From Octopus sinensis (lineage: Eukaryota), in assembly GCF_006345805.1 (NCBI RefSeq), contig NC_043020.1, positions 16,864,001 through 16,928,000 on the forward strand: 64,000 nucleotides of DNA, in the 5' to 3' direction. Of this stretch, positions 12,001 to 24,296 are shown piece by piece. The translations under genes and the position numbers were made by a program. The notes under the pieces were generated by a model that was not told the DNA's origin, ran no database searches, and saw only the letters and a list, made by a program, of their open reading frames with translations. Each line of letters opens with the position of its first letter. The first letter of the stretch is position 1.

Positions 12001-12479
12001 TAAAAATCACCCAGTGCACTGTAAAGTGGCTGGCATTAGGAAGGGCAACCAAACTAACACACACTCTGGAACCTGGTGCAGCCCTTGGCCTTGACAGTTT
12101 CTGTCAAGCTGTCCAACCCATGCCAGCATGTTAAATGCTTAAATGTTCATGATGATGATGATGATTCAAACCAAATTTGCATAATATAATCTATGCTATG
12201 TAATCATTATCTTTTTAATTTCATGACCAAAATTGTTTCTGCTCAGTTGAATTGTCATCCCTATGATTCCTCATAATTCTTCAACCTTCTCAATCTTACA
12301 GCTAAAGCTTACCTCAACAAACTTTCTATGTCTAATGGCACTTAGGTCATATTTGTGGTTTACCAGGAAAGATGCTCAGCTAAATTCCTCATTGATGTAG
12401 CTGCAGCTGGAAAACTCCATATTAAAGTCCGGTGAAACTAGAAATAACCGGCCTATCTAAATAAATATAGGTCATCATT

Positions 12480-13125
12480 GCCAGGAGCGTAACTAGCCCG
12501 CTTATGCGTACCGTTTCCTTCTTTGGTCACTAAACTCTGCTTGCGAAGAACTGTTGAGGCAAGTGAAATCAAAATCAAATTCGATGACTGGCATCGTGCT
12601 AGTGGGGTGCTAAGAGCACCATACGAGTGTGATCGTTGACAGATCAGCTAACCGGCTTCCGTGCCAGTGGCACATAAAAGGGCACCATTCGAGTGTGATC
12701 ATTACCAGCGTCGCCTTACTGGCACTTGTGCTCATGCTAGTAGGGTACCAAGATCACCATCCGAGCGTGATCGTTGCCAGAGCAGCCAACTGGCTTCCAT
12801 GCCGGTGGCACATAAAAGGGCACCATTTGAGCGTGATCGTTACCAACGTCGCCTTACTGGTACCTGTGCCGGTGGCATGTGTAAAAAGATTCAAGCAAGG
12901 TCGTTGCCAGTACTGCCTAACTGGCTCCTATGCCGGTGGCACGTAAAAAGCACCCACTACACTCTCGGAGTGGTTGGCGTTAGGAATGGCATCCAGCTGT
13001 AGAAACTATGCCAGATCAAGATTGGAGCCTGGTGCAGCCATCTGGTTCGCCAGCCCTCAGTCAAAATCATCCAACCCATGCTAGCATGGAAAGCGGACGT
13101 TAAACGATGATGATGATGATGATGA
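12480..13125 (+). mobile_element. 5'-truncated RTE LINE 3' UTR with internal repeats
   Basis: ctctgcttgc...tgttgaggcaagtgaaatcaaaatc matches 60760-60800; (ATG)n tail. Confidence 0.85.
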
Positions 13126-13754
13126 TTGCAGAGTTAGGCCATTTACAAATGTCTGCATATAGATAGTAGTGTTTTAGATATTGCTTTGAATTTTGTTGAT
13201 GTCATAAGAATTTGTAAACTTTGAAAGAATGTGAAATAATTCCTTTTTGTAACAGTGGATCTTGAAGCACACATAAGGCTATAAATATTGGCTTCAAATT
13301 TTGGCACAAGACCAGCAATTTTAGGGGAGGGGTAAGTCAATCCCAGCATTCAACTGGTACTTGTTTTATCAACCCCAGTGTTCGACTAGTACTTATTTTA
13401 TTGACTCCCCAACATTCAACTGGTACTTACCTTGTCAGCCTCAGCATTCAACTGGTAATTACTTTACTGACCCCAAAATTCAACTGGTACTTACTTTATC
13501 AACCCCAAAACGATGAAAGGCAAAGTCAACTGCAGCAGAATGTGAACTCAGAATGTAAAGACAGATGAAATGCCTCTAAGCATTTTGCCTGGTGTGCTAA
13601 CAATTCTGCCAACTTGCCATCTCATTAAGCTACAGATAAATAAATAGTATCCAAAGCCAAAAGTAGCCCTTGGTTTTTTTTACTATCCAAAAGGGTTATA
13701 TTCAACTCAGTATTTACATGCTATTATTTTTAGCTTTGTATATGTTTTGTTGCT

Positions 13755-13950
13755 TTAAATAGCTTTTTCAAGCAATTTTTTTACTACAAAGTTCAATGCA
13801 CCCAAACACTTCCAGTGTTGTTCACGTCACGACTATAAAGACATAAATTTGCTTTAAATAACTTTTTCAAGCAATTTTTTTACTGCAAAGTTCAATGCAC
13901 CCAAACACTTCCAGTGTTGTTCACGTCACGACATAAAGACATAAATTGCT
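13755..13950. repeat. Tandem duplication of about 97 bp (2 copies)
   Basis: gctttaaata...cacgtcacgac...aaagacataaat occurs twice in a row. Confidence 0.85.
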
Positions 13951-14293
13951 TACAGCTTGTATTGCAAATTTTAGATTCTGATGATGATGATGATGATAAT
14001 AATAATAATGAAATTATTGTATACAGTGCTCAGGTGCATCACAACTTGTCAAAAGTGCGTATAAAGCATATGCAGTAATGTACAAATGTCTGGGAAGTGA
14101 ACAGTGTATGAGTCAGATACATGCTTGCATGTGTATGGAGGGGAGAAAATCAGGTGTAGTGTTGGTGAGTGGACTGGAGCAACGTGAAATGAAGTGTTTT
14201 GCTCAAGAACACGTGTTGCCCAGTCCAGGAATTGAAACCACAATCTTACGATTATGATGCTGACACCCTAACCACTAAGCCACGTGTCTCCAC

Positions 14294-14327
<34 letters not shown>

Positions 14328-14964
14328 TGATATATGTGTGTATGTGTATTTATATATATATATATATACATGTACACAGACGTACATACAGCCATACACA
14401 TACAGGTGGGTGTACATGTGAATGATAAAAGCAGTTGACATTTATTGTAGAAGCCCCACATTGCTTGCAGTTTTGTAGACATAAAAGCATGTCTAGCTTA
14501 TCAGATGTTCAGAGACAGAGTGAAGAGGAATGAATCTAGCTAAGAAGCAAGATTGATGGTGGGGGAGAAAGAGAGAGAAACCACAGTAAATAGATTTCTG
14601 TTGCAGTAGAAAGTATATATACACATGCATGTGTGTGTGTGTGTGTGTGTGTATATAATGTGTGTATTTGTATGTAAATATAGACAGGTATATCTCAACT
14701 TATGTTGTTTCAAGTTGCATCTTTTTTGATGAGGTACCAATTAGGTCATTTATTATGTTCACAAAATATCTCATGATTATACCTGTACTCATGCTTGCCT
14801 CTGGCCGATAGGCTGTGCACCAGTAGATTGAGGCACATTACAGCCTCATAGCCTAGCTAAAAATAGATGGTATTACGCATGCTTAACTTCTGATTTCATG
14901 TCACAGCAAAGTTATCTTGCCTTACATTCTCCTGCAGTTGATAAAATTAATAAAAAGGCAATGT

Positions 14965-15285
14965 AGGAGTGAAGACCCCCCTTCGGTACAAATGACTATG
15001 GGATTGCACCTAGAAAGTTACCCTCCAGGCAAGGTTGTTTATGGAAGACTAGTAGTCACTCATGCATACCAGCCTGCCCTCTCCACGTCACCAATGTTGT
15101 CCAAGGGAAAGGCAAAGGCCAATACAGCTGAGCACCAGTGACATCGCAACTCATTTCTACAAATGAGTGAACTGGAGCAATGTGTGATAAAGTGTCTTGC
15201 TCAAGAACACAACACACAGCCTGGTCCAGGAATCAAACTCACTACCTCGTGATTGTGAACCTGGTGTTGTAACCACTGAGCCATA
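14965..15285 (-). mobile_element. tRNA-derived SINE, family D, with a CORE-like cttgagcaagacact central domain
   Basis: Head ggctcagtggttacaacacc...ttgattcctgg. Other copies at 20980-21240 (+) and 32763-33100 (-). Confidence 0.75.
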
Positions 15286-15433
15286 CTAAAATTAGTATAA
15301 CTGACTATATCCACCTCTAAAATTTGTAGTTTTATGTCAATGTGAGAAATCAAAGTAATTCTCATTGACAGTGCCATACAATTACAAAACTTCCAAAGAT
15401 TTATCAAAATCAACCATACTAACTTTCCTGAAG

Positions 15434-15459
15434 ATATGATAAGAAACAGAATCAGGATG
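15434..15459 (+). CDS. STXBP5: Candidate 26-nt tomosyn microexon: (K)YDKKQNQD(E)
   Basis: TACTAAC at 15417-15423, then tttcctgaag acceptor and G|gttaca donor. Length 3n+2 with an open frame repairs the phase mismatch between exons 11134-11266 and 18300-18400. Confidence 0.4.
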
Positions 15460-15589
15460 GTTACAAAAGGGATACCTTATATCATAGATAATGTAATTAA
15501 GGAAGATCCTTCATTTAAACAAATTGTCAAGATTGTAGCAGAAAGATAATTCTTCTTTGGCAAAAGACATTCATCCTTTATGTTATGAC

Positions 15590-15990
15590 TCTTTACTCTT
15601 TTACTTGTTTCAGTCATTTGACTGCGGCCATGCTGGAGCACCGCCTTTAAACAAGCAACTCAACCCCGGGACTTATTCATTGTAAGCCCAGTACTTATTC
15701 TATCGGTCTCTTTTGCCGAACCGCTACGTGACGGGGACATAAACACACCAGCATCAGTTGTCAAGTAATGCTAGGGGAACAAACACAAACATACACGCAC
15801 ACATGCACATATATATATACATATATACGACGGGCTTCTTTCAGTTTCCGTCTACCAAATCCACTCACAAGGCTTTGGTCGGCCCGAGGCTATAGTAGAA
15901 GACACTTGCCCAAGGTGCCACGCAGTGGGACTGAACCCAGAACCATGTGGTTGGTAAACAAGCTACTTACCACACAGCCACTCCTGCGCC
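15590..15990 (-). mobile_element. SINE family B, near full length
   Basis: Similarity to the other family B copies. Confidence 0.88.
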
Positions 15991-16799
15991 TATTCAGTTT
16001 AACTGAAAATTTTAAATTTTAAAGTACCAAGCATTTCTGAAATCTGTGAAAAATAGAAAAAACGTGCCATCATTTCAAACAAAGTATAACATGTTTAAAA
16101 ATAATGCAACAAAGGATTTATTTGGCATTTCCTGCTGCAAGTACAACTCCTTTAAAAACTAGAATTATTTCAAATAAATTGGAAATGTTAATATTTTTAT
16201 CACCAAAATGTGTCAAGAATCAAAAATTGGTTTACACATAATTTTATTTTAATGTGTGTGTAATCTAGACCTAGGCACACAGCAAGCCAATTGCAACTAG
16301 TGAGGGCTATCTTGATAGCTGGGGGTACTGAATAGAACTCTAAAACCTGTACTGTTTATAAAATTTGGTTACATCTTTCAAGAAAATTCACTACACGAAA
16401 TAATAAAATCAAGTTACATTTATTTAATACAGCTGCTATCTACAGCAATGCAATGCAAAAGATTTAAGAAAGTCATCCTTGTCTAAACTTGATTTGTATT
16501 TACTAAGGGAAGCCAGTATCACAAGGTTTGATTTTCGCTGGTGCTTTATATTTCGTTGAAAGGGTGTCATAATTTGAGTTATTTTAATGTGTGTAATCTA
16601 GACCATGTTTGTTCCCCCACTACTGCTCAGTTCTGCAGAAGAGACTGGTAGAATAAGGACCAGGCATAAAAACAAAATAAGTACTGGGGTCAATTTGTTC
16701 GACTAAAACCCTTGAAGGCAATGCTCCAGCATGGCTGCGGTCAAATGACTACGATACATAAAAGAAGAAACCATTTATTAAACAAAATATAAGCTAATA

Positions 16800-18023
16800 C
16801 AATTGCAGTGTGGAAGGTGTTTGTAAGCCATTTAACCCTTTCGTTACCAAACAGCCCAAAGCCGCCCGAAAAAAATTTTGGTTAATGTGACCAAACCGCC
16901 CAAACCCACCCGAATTTACCTATTCATATTTAAATGAGAATATCAGAGCAAATCTCTTTAGTACAATCATGAAAACACGTGATTATGCTTCATAAACAGT
17001 TCATCTACAGTTTAGTACAAAGATCGACGTGTAATTTTAATTCCCTGAATTTTGGGAGATTTTTTTCCACATTTTTTTCGGCATCGATTTTTCTTCAACT
17101 TTGAAAATAGATAGGAGTTTCATGTTATCAAGCATTGATTCCGAATTGGAAAATTTGTGAAACAAATACTGGGTACTGTTGTGGATTTAGTTTTTATACA
17201 GGGAAACTAATGTTAGTCAGCATGGCCTAGGGAACAATGTGGTCTGGAATTTATCACTTCCATACCATAACCAGGGCCGTATATTATTTTTTGACCGATT
17301 TCCTTAGTTCGGTCGAACTTACGGTGGATTCCAATATTTCAGTTTATTCCACCTTTATGGTACACCTGTTGTGCATTAAATTCAACTGATGATATAGTGA
17401 TGTGCACAATTCTTCTTTATCAAAATTTTGTTGCATACCCATTTGAATATTAGCTGATGATTCATTTTCTATGGTGATGTTTAAACAAAATTTTTATATT
17501 TTTACCTTTTGCTCAATTTACCTGGATTTACCTGTAATTAAAGTCACTTTGAGACAAAAGTTATGCAATAGAATTGATTAAGAACCCTTTCTTTAATTAT
17601 GTTCCAAATATCACATTAATATGTTGATAAGTAAAAAAGTTACAGTTATTTAATGAAACAAGCCTAGATTTATGATTATTTTAGAATTTAATTGAAACTC
17701 ATGAGGGGTGTATTTTGGTCAGAAATATAGTAACGAAAGGGTTAAGAAACACACAAAAGCCGTTCGATTCACTTCAACATTTAAGTTTAATTTGTCAAAA
17801 TATTTTTGTCGCTTTAAGACCATGACCTGCTCACTGACAAAAATCCATGCTGTCGCGGTCTTAGAGCGAGGAAAATATTTTGACAAATTAAACTTAAATG
17901 TTGAAGTGAATCGAACGGCTTTTGTGTGTTTCTTAAATGGCTTACAAACACCTTCCACGCTGCAATTGTTTTCGTTTCAGCACACGATCTCAGATCAAAT
18001 CACTCGCTATGCAAGTACATCTC
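16800..18023. mobile_element. Fold-back element with a 12-bp target-site duplication, interrupted by a piggyBac-type element
   Basis: tataagctaata at 16788-16799 and 18024-18035. Inverted arms are 16801-16835 plus 17742-17821 versus 17857-17967. Confidence 0.8.
16836..17741. mobile_element. Non-autonomous piggyBac-type element (TTAA target)
   Basis: TTAA|CCCTTTCGTTAC...GTAACGAAAGGG|TTAA. Confidence 0.88.
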
Positions 18024-18299
18024 TATAAGCTAATAAGTTTTAAGATATGACTTTTCATGCTCTATCATTTTCTGAGTCAAGTTACATGTCTTGGAACCAA
18101 TTTCTGATGTAAGTTGAGGTACGCTTGTGTGTGTGTGTGTGTGTGTACATTACACATCCACTCTTTTTTCCATCTTAAACTGAGCATCAATCTAATGCAT
18201 TCACTGTGTACATCTCTTTGACTTTTGCTGTTTCTATTTTTATTTTTGATTTGCCTATATATATATATGATATTAAATGTTTGATTTATGCAATTTCAG

Positions 18300-18400
18300 A
18301 AACCAATGCCGGGATAAACTATAAAAAAGTGTCTCCAACGACAGTTTTAGAAGTTAGTGATCGGCAATTTGCAATAATCTGTTCAGAAAAACAAGCAAGA
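18300..18400 (+). CDS. STXBP5: Tomosyn exon: (E)TNAGINYKKVSPTTVLEVSDRQFAIICSEKQAR
   Basis: tttcag acceptor and gtatgt donor; 101 nt, phase 1-0. Matches ...SENQYAVICSEKQAK. Confidence 0.93.
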
Positions 18401-18850
18401 GTATGTATCTTCTTTATTTCACCTTCTCCTTCTGTGTAGTTGTTTTGTTTTGAATATTTTACAGTTTTTTTTTTCTATTTTCTTTATATACATCAACTTT
18501 ATTTATTTACATAAACTGTTATCTATTGAATGTTTGCATGTTTATTGGGTTAAAAAATCTTTTTTTTTTATATATTGTGCATTTGTGAACAAGACACCAT
18601 TGTTAATGATAGATTTCTAACACATTAGTAACAGGTTTATTGCATTTGTGGTGTTTAAGAAATATATAAATTGTGGAAACTAAATGGAAGCCCATAATAC
18701 ATGCACAACTTTCAATGATGTAAACATTGATGAGAAAAACAATAAAGCTAGCATATTCTAATGAAAATCATTTATGTTACTATTGCCAAAGTTATATTCT
18801 TTTATTTGTTTCAGTTGTAGGTTTGCAGCCATGCTGGAGCACTGCCTTAA

Positions 18851-19071
18851 CCTTTTAGTGTTCGCATTATTCTGCCAAAATTAATCCTTTTTTATCCACA
18901 TTGTTTTGAACTAATCATGCATTATCTTGTAGCTATGAGATTTTGATGAGGTAGCTGTTAATTTTTAAAACGATATTGTGGGGTTGGTGTGAGAGACCAG
19001 ATCTAGTCAGTTTGAACATAAAACAGGCAGAACACTTTTGGCTGGATATGGCCAGTTTAAATGCTAAAGGG
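18851..19071. mobile_element. piggyBac-type MITE of about 220 bp (cc(c/t)tttag...ctaaaggg family)
   Basis: TTAA flanks and short TIRs. Other copies at 25798-26017 and degenerate copies near 22840, 26990, 29966 and 32568. Confidence 0.8.
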
Positions 19072-20402
19072 TTAATTTATTTTCTTTCAGGTTTGTTGCC
19101 ACTTTATGGCAGGAAGTTGGTCTATAATTAAGTTTGTAACAGCTGATCTTCCTTGAGCGTATCTTTGAATGGTGGGCTGGTCCACTATTGTTGTTAGGAG
19201 TCTATCCAATGTATTTTTTATTGCTTCTATGGTGGTCCCTTTTATATTTCTGATTTATTTAGGTAGGCATTTGAGCAATTGAGGACCTCTAAATATCAGA
19301 CTGGTACAATAAAATGCTTTTGCTCATGATTTCAACGGTAATATATTTGGAAGCTGACTCTCTACCAGTTCATGCATTAAAATTTTCTCTAATGCCAAAG
19401 TGTAGAACATGCCCTTCCTGGATTTTCCATACATATTTGATAATATATCTCTCTCTTCAGTGTTCAAGAGAGTCCTTTGTCATTTTCATGTTCTTAAATG
19501 CACTGGTTTATCTGAAGTATGGTCATCTGCACTTAGCTATATTTTTCTCATGCAGAAGGTACCCTTGGAAAATTTTCCAATATCATTATTTTAAAGTCAT
19601 CACTCTGTTCTGTTCCCTTTTGTGCCTTGACAGTTCTTTAGTCTTACCTTCAGAAGAAAATTTGTACTACAAATTAAAACACACAGTATACTCTGTAAAG
19701 TGAATGGTATTAGAATGGGTGGCGAGCTGGCAGAAACGTTAGCACGCTGGGCGAAATGCGTAGCTGTATTTCGTCTGTCGTTATGTTCTGAGTTCAAATT
19801 CCGCCAAGGTCAACTTCCCCTTTCATCCTTTCGGGGTCGATAAATTAAGTACCAGTTACGCACTGGGGTCGATGTAATCAACTTAATACCTATGTCTGTC
19901 CTTGTTTGTCCCCTCTGTGTTTAGCCCCTTGTGGGTAGTAAAGAAATAGGTATTAGAATGGGTTTCCAACCATAGAAAACCTGCTGAAACTGAGACACTA
20001 GGGCACAATGCCATCCACTGACCCCTAACAAACTGTCTAACCCATACTGTATTGGAAGGCAATGGATGCATGCATGGCTAAAGAAGCAGTATATAAGTTG
20101 GACAAACAATAAAGGAAAGTATCCAACACCAAGTTGTAGAGGCGTATGGTTTAGTGGTTAGGGTGTTGGACTCATTATCGTAAGGCTGTGGTTTCAATTC
20201 CTGGATTGGGCAATGCGTTGTGTTCTTGAGCAAAACGCCTTATTTCACTCTACTCCAGTCCACTCTGCTAGTAAAAATGCGTAATCCTGCAACAGACTGG
20301 TGTCCCATCCAGGGAGGAATATAAAACATCAGAGAAACTGGGAAACCATCCCTATGGTCCTTTTAGAGTAATAATGTAGACTAATTATCCAATACTAAAT
20401 CA

Positions 20403-20815
20403 AGGAGTGTCTGTGTGGTAAGTAGCTTGCTTACCAGCCAAATGGTTCCGGGTTCAGTCTCACTGCGTGGTATCTTGGACAAGTGTCTTCTACTATAGCC
20501 TCGGGTCGACCAAAGCCTTGTGAGTGGATTTGGTAGACGGAAACTGAAAGAAGCCTGTCATATATATGCATATATATATATATATGTGTGTGTCTGTGTT
20601 TGTCCCCCCCCCCCAACATCGCTTGACAACCGATGCTGGTGTGTTTACGTCGCCGTCACTTAGCGGTTCGGCAAAAAGAAACCGATAGAATAAGTACTGG
20701 GCTTACAAAGAATAAGTCCCGGGGCCGATTTGCTCGACTAAAGGCGGTGCTCCAGCATGGCCGCAGTCAAATGACTGAAACGAGTAAAAGAGTAAAAGAG
20801 AAAGAGTAAAGAGAG
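20403..20815 (+). mobile_element. SINE family B
   Basis: Head, body and (gagtaaaa)n tail present. Confidence 0.88.
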
Positions 20816-21754
20816 ATAGTTTAAGTAAAAAGAACCTAAATCTAATGTACTTACTATAAATGATTTTCTTCTTGAAAGATGTCTGGTGCTCTAACAACTC
20901 TGCCAGTTTGTCACCTGTCAATTGTGCATTTCTTCTTTATTTGTTATTATGAAATTGTGAGTTTGTTTCCCAGACAGGACAGTGTGTTGAGTTCTTGAGC
21001 AAGTCACTTTATTTCACGTTACTCCAGTTCACTCAGCTGCAAAAGTGAGTTGCAACATCATTGGTACCAAGCTGTTTTGGCCTTTGTTTTTCCCTTGGAT
21101 AACACCATTGGCATGGAGAAGGAAGGCTGGTATGCATGGGCAACTGTTGGTCTTCCATAAACAACCTTGCCCAGACGTGTGCCTTGGAGGGGAACTTTCT
21201 AGGTGCAATCCCATTATCATTCATGACCAAAAGGGATCTTTACTCTATTTTTAAATATATGATGAACTCTAGCTGTATCAGTTTCAATGTAAGACCACCC
21301 AGATGGTCTGCCAACTCCTTGAATTAGCATATTTGTGGTTGAATATCCCATAAACAGGTAGCCTTAATGCAGTTCTCAGGTAGAATCACTATGACACTTT
21401 GTCACACAACCTTGTCACACACTGCAACCAGTGCTTGACAAAGCTGTACCTCTGAATTACAGGTACAAACCATCCACTGGGCTTCTACACTATCTCCATT
21501 TTTCCCAGAATTGCTTACAGCACTTGGGTCGTCCTGAATCTATGGTAAATGCACTAACGCAAGATGCTACACAGTAGAATCAAATCCAGTTCCTTGTGGT
21601 TGTGAAATAAATATCATAACCACTAAGCTGTACCTGTTGTTGGTGTCCTCATATCTCTTCATTGTCTCTTGTTGATATACATCTTAAATGTCCGCTGTTC
21701 TTTCTCTCCATACAAGCAAGATACTGACATTTCTGCTCCTTTGTTTGTTTCCAG

Positions 21755-21845
21755 GTTATGTCCTTACCTTCTCAGACGTGTGCATATAAGGTGAAGATCA
21801 CAGAAACTTCTTTTGTTGTTAAATCAGAGATTGTGTCAATCAAAG
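21755..21845 (+). CDS. STXBP5: Tomosyn exon: VMSLPSQTCAYKVKITETSFVVKSEIVSIK
   Basis: tttccag acceptor and G|gtaagt donor; phase 0-1. Matches VISLPTQNCAYKQNITETSFVLRGDIV. Confidence 0.96.
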
Positions 21846-22330
21846 GTAAGTTTATATGTTCCAGTCTTTTGTGGAGTGTGTAACAATGTGAGGGGAGAGG
21901 AGGGGATGGATGTCAGCTTTGGAATTGTTGCAAAATTGATTAGGTGCAGGCATGGCTATGTGGATAAGAATCTTGCTTTCCAGCTATGTCATCTTGGATT
22001 CAGTCTTACTGCACGGTATCTTAGACAAGTGTCTTCTACCATGGGCTGATCAAAGCCTTGAAACTGGATTTTAATATAGGGAAACTAAAAATAAGCCTGC
22101 TGAGAGGCAAATACAGTCTGCTACAAAGGCTTTTGGCTCCCTTGAGAAGCTTCTATGGAGTGACTTATAGAATAAGTACCAAACTCAAAAAAAAAAAATC
22201 AACTACTGAGGTCAAATTGTTCAATTAAAACTCTCTGAGGTTGTGCCCCAGCATGGTCACTCTCCAAGTAAAAGATACTCCTTAAACTGCACAAATTATG
22301 TGCACAAAAATTGCACAAAATTATATATAT

Positions 22331-22359
<29 letters not shown>

Positions 22360-22374
<15 letters not shown>

Positions 22375-22737
22375 AAGCTGAAGTTGTCTGTGTGTGGCAG
22401 GTTTGGTAGCCTTCAACTAACACTATCTCCTCCAAGACCCTGCAGCACTAGAGTATGATAGAAGAAGGCTTGCTCTTCATTCCATAGAAGAAAAAATTCA
22501 AATCGGACCATGTTAACACCAAAAATTATTTACATCAAAAAGGTGCTTTTTTTCTATGAAAATCCCTATTTTTTACGCTCTTTGACTGCTGTGTCACCAT
22601 TTTTCGGTGTATTTCAACTGGAAAAATGTTCACTTGAAGAGAATAACAAGGTGCATAATGCAAAATGTTTTACTTTTCAAAAATTCCAATTCTAAAGGGT
22701 CGAAACAAACCCAAGCAACACCGGGTGATACTGCTAG
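22360..22737 (+). mobile_element. Non-autonomous Helitron-like element
   Basis: Starts in (TA)n with tataaaataaagctgaagttgtctg. Ends in the hairpin acccaagcaacaccgggt followed by CTAG|T. Confidence 0.65.
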
Positions 22738-23709
22738 TACCTTAATAAATGAGAGATTGGTATGTAAAACTAATTTCCATATTTAACATCAATAAAATTT
22801 TAAGTGGATATATTTGGTTTCTACATTCAGGTTACTCTGCCAAATGTAAGGCTCACTTATTAACTGTTTTGAATTAATCATGCATTATCTCATAGCTTCA
22901 AGATTTCAATGATGCAAGTGTTTATTTCTAGAATGGCATTATAGGGTAAGTGTAAGAGGTCTGATCATGCTGGTTTGAACATAAGATAGAATACTGGATA
23001 TGACCAATTTAAATGGTTAAAGGGTTAAAAGGGCTATGTGATAAAACTGGAATGATTGTATCACCAAGCAAACTTGAGGGAAAAATTTTTTTTAGATTTT
23101 ATCAAAACAACTTCATCTTCAAATTTTAATCATATTCAAAATTTAATTAGAAAAACCATTAATTTAAATGAAATAGGATAAGCTTTCAGATGTTTATTTT
23201 TTAAATTGAATTTTAAATTTTGAATTCACTTGCCAAGTGAACTCCCTTTTTCTCTCCATAAAATTCTGCCCTAAATAGTGCAACCATCCCACTTTTAGTT
23301 TATCAGGGATTTTTAATTAGTTTTTTTTTTCTATTCAATTTTTAAAAGTTCTGTTTCATCATTTTACAATTTCAAATTTATAGCAGAAACTAAAGATTTT
23401 CATAGAAATCTTTCATTCCATATACAAATCTTAAAACTAAATATTTTTTAATAAGTGTTTTTTACCACTACTACTACTACTAATAATAATTATTATTATT
23501 ATTCTTGATGAAATACTTTGTGATATTTCTTCTGGCTTTATGTACTGATTTCTAATTCCATTGAGGTCAACTTTGTCTTTCATCCTTTCAGGGTTGATGA
23601 AACAAGTACCAGTTACACACTGGGGTTAATGTAATCAACTAGCCCCACTCCCCAAAATTTCAGGCCTTGTGCCTTTAGTAGAAAGGATTATTATTATTAT
23701 GATTATTAT

Positions 23710-24112
23710 ACTCTTACTCTTTACTCTTTTACTTGTTTCAGTCAGTTGACTGCGGCCATGCTGGAGCACCACCTTTAGTCGAGCAACTCGACCCCGGGAC
23801 TTATTCTTTGTAAGCCCAGTACTTATTCTATCGTCCCTTTTGCCGAACCGCTAAGTGATGGGGACATAAACACACCAGCATCGGTTGTCAAGCAATGCTA
23901 GGGGGACAAACACAGACACACACACATATATATATATACATATATACGACGGGCTTCTTTCAGTTTCCGTCTACCAAATCCTCTCACAAGGCTTTGGTTG
24001 GCCCTAGGCTATAGTAGAAGACACTTGCCCAAGGTGCCATGCAGTGGGACTGAACCCGGATCCATGTGGTTGGTAAGCAAGCTACTTACCACACAGCCAC
24101 TCCTGCGCCTAT
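23710..24112 (-). mobile_element. SINE family B, about 60 bp upstream of a tomosyn acceptor
   Basis: Similarity to the other family B copies. Confidence 0.88.
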
Positions 24113-24113
24113 G

Positions 24114-24155
<42 letters not shown>

Positions 24156-24172
24156 ACTTCTGCCTCTTACAG

Positions 24173-24281
24173 ATAGTGTCTGTCTTGCATGTTATGTTGC
24201 AAATGGTCGCATCGTAACCTTCAGTTTACCCAGTCTGAAACCTTTAATGGACGCACCATTCCAGCCTCTCACTGAGATAAG
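24173..24281 (+). CDS. STXBP5: Tomosyn exon: (D)SVCLACYVANGRIVTFSLPSLKPLMDAPFQPLTEI(R)
   Basis: cttacag acceptor and AG|gtaagt donor; phase 1-2. Matches SICLACFCANGHIMTFSLPSLRPLLD. Confidence 0.96.
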
Positions 24282-24296
24282 GTAAGTTCTGAGTTC

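Noticed and set aside
11322-12064. 195-aa and 183-aa repetitive ORFs
   Set aside because: Produced by the 26-bp minisatellite; the 26-aa period cycles through all three frames.
12301-12344. 44-nt AG...GT segment as the missing phase 2-to-1 exon
   Set aside because: Length fits, but the required frame has an immediate TAA.
18080-18111. 32-nt segment ending in a strong gtaagt donor as the missing exon
   Set aside because: In-frame TGA in the required frame.
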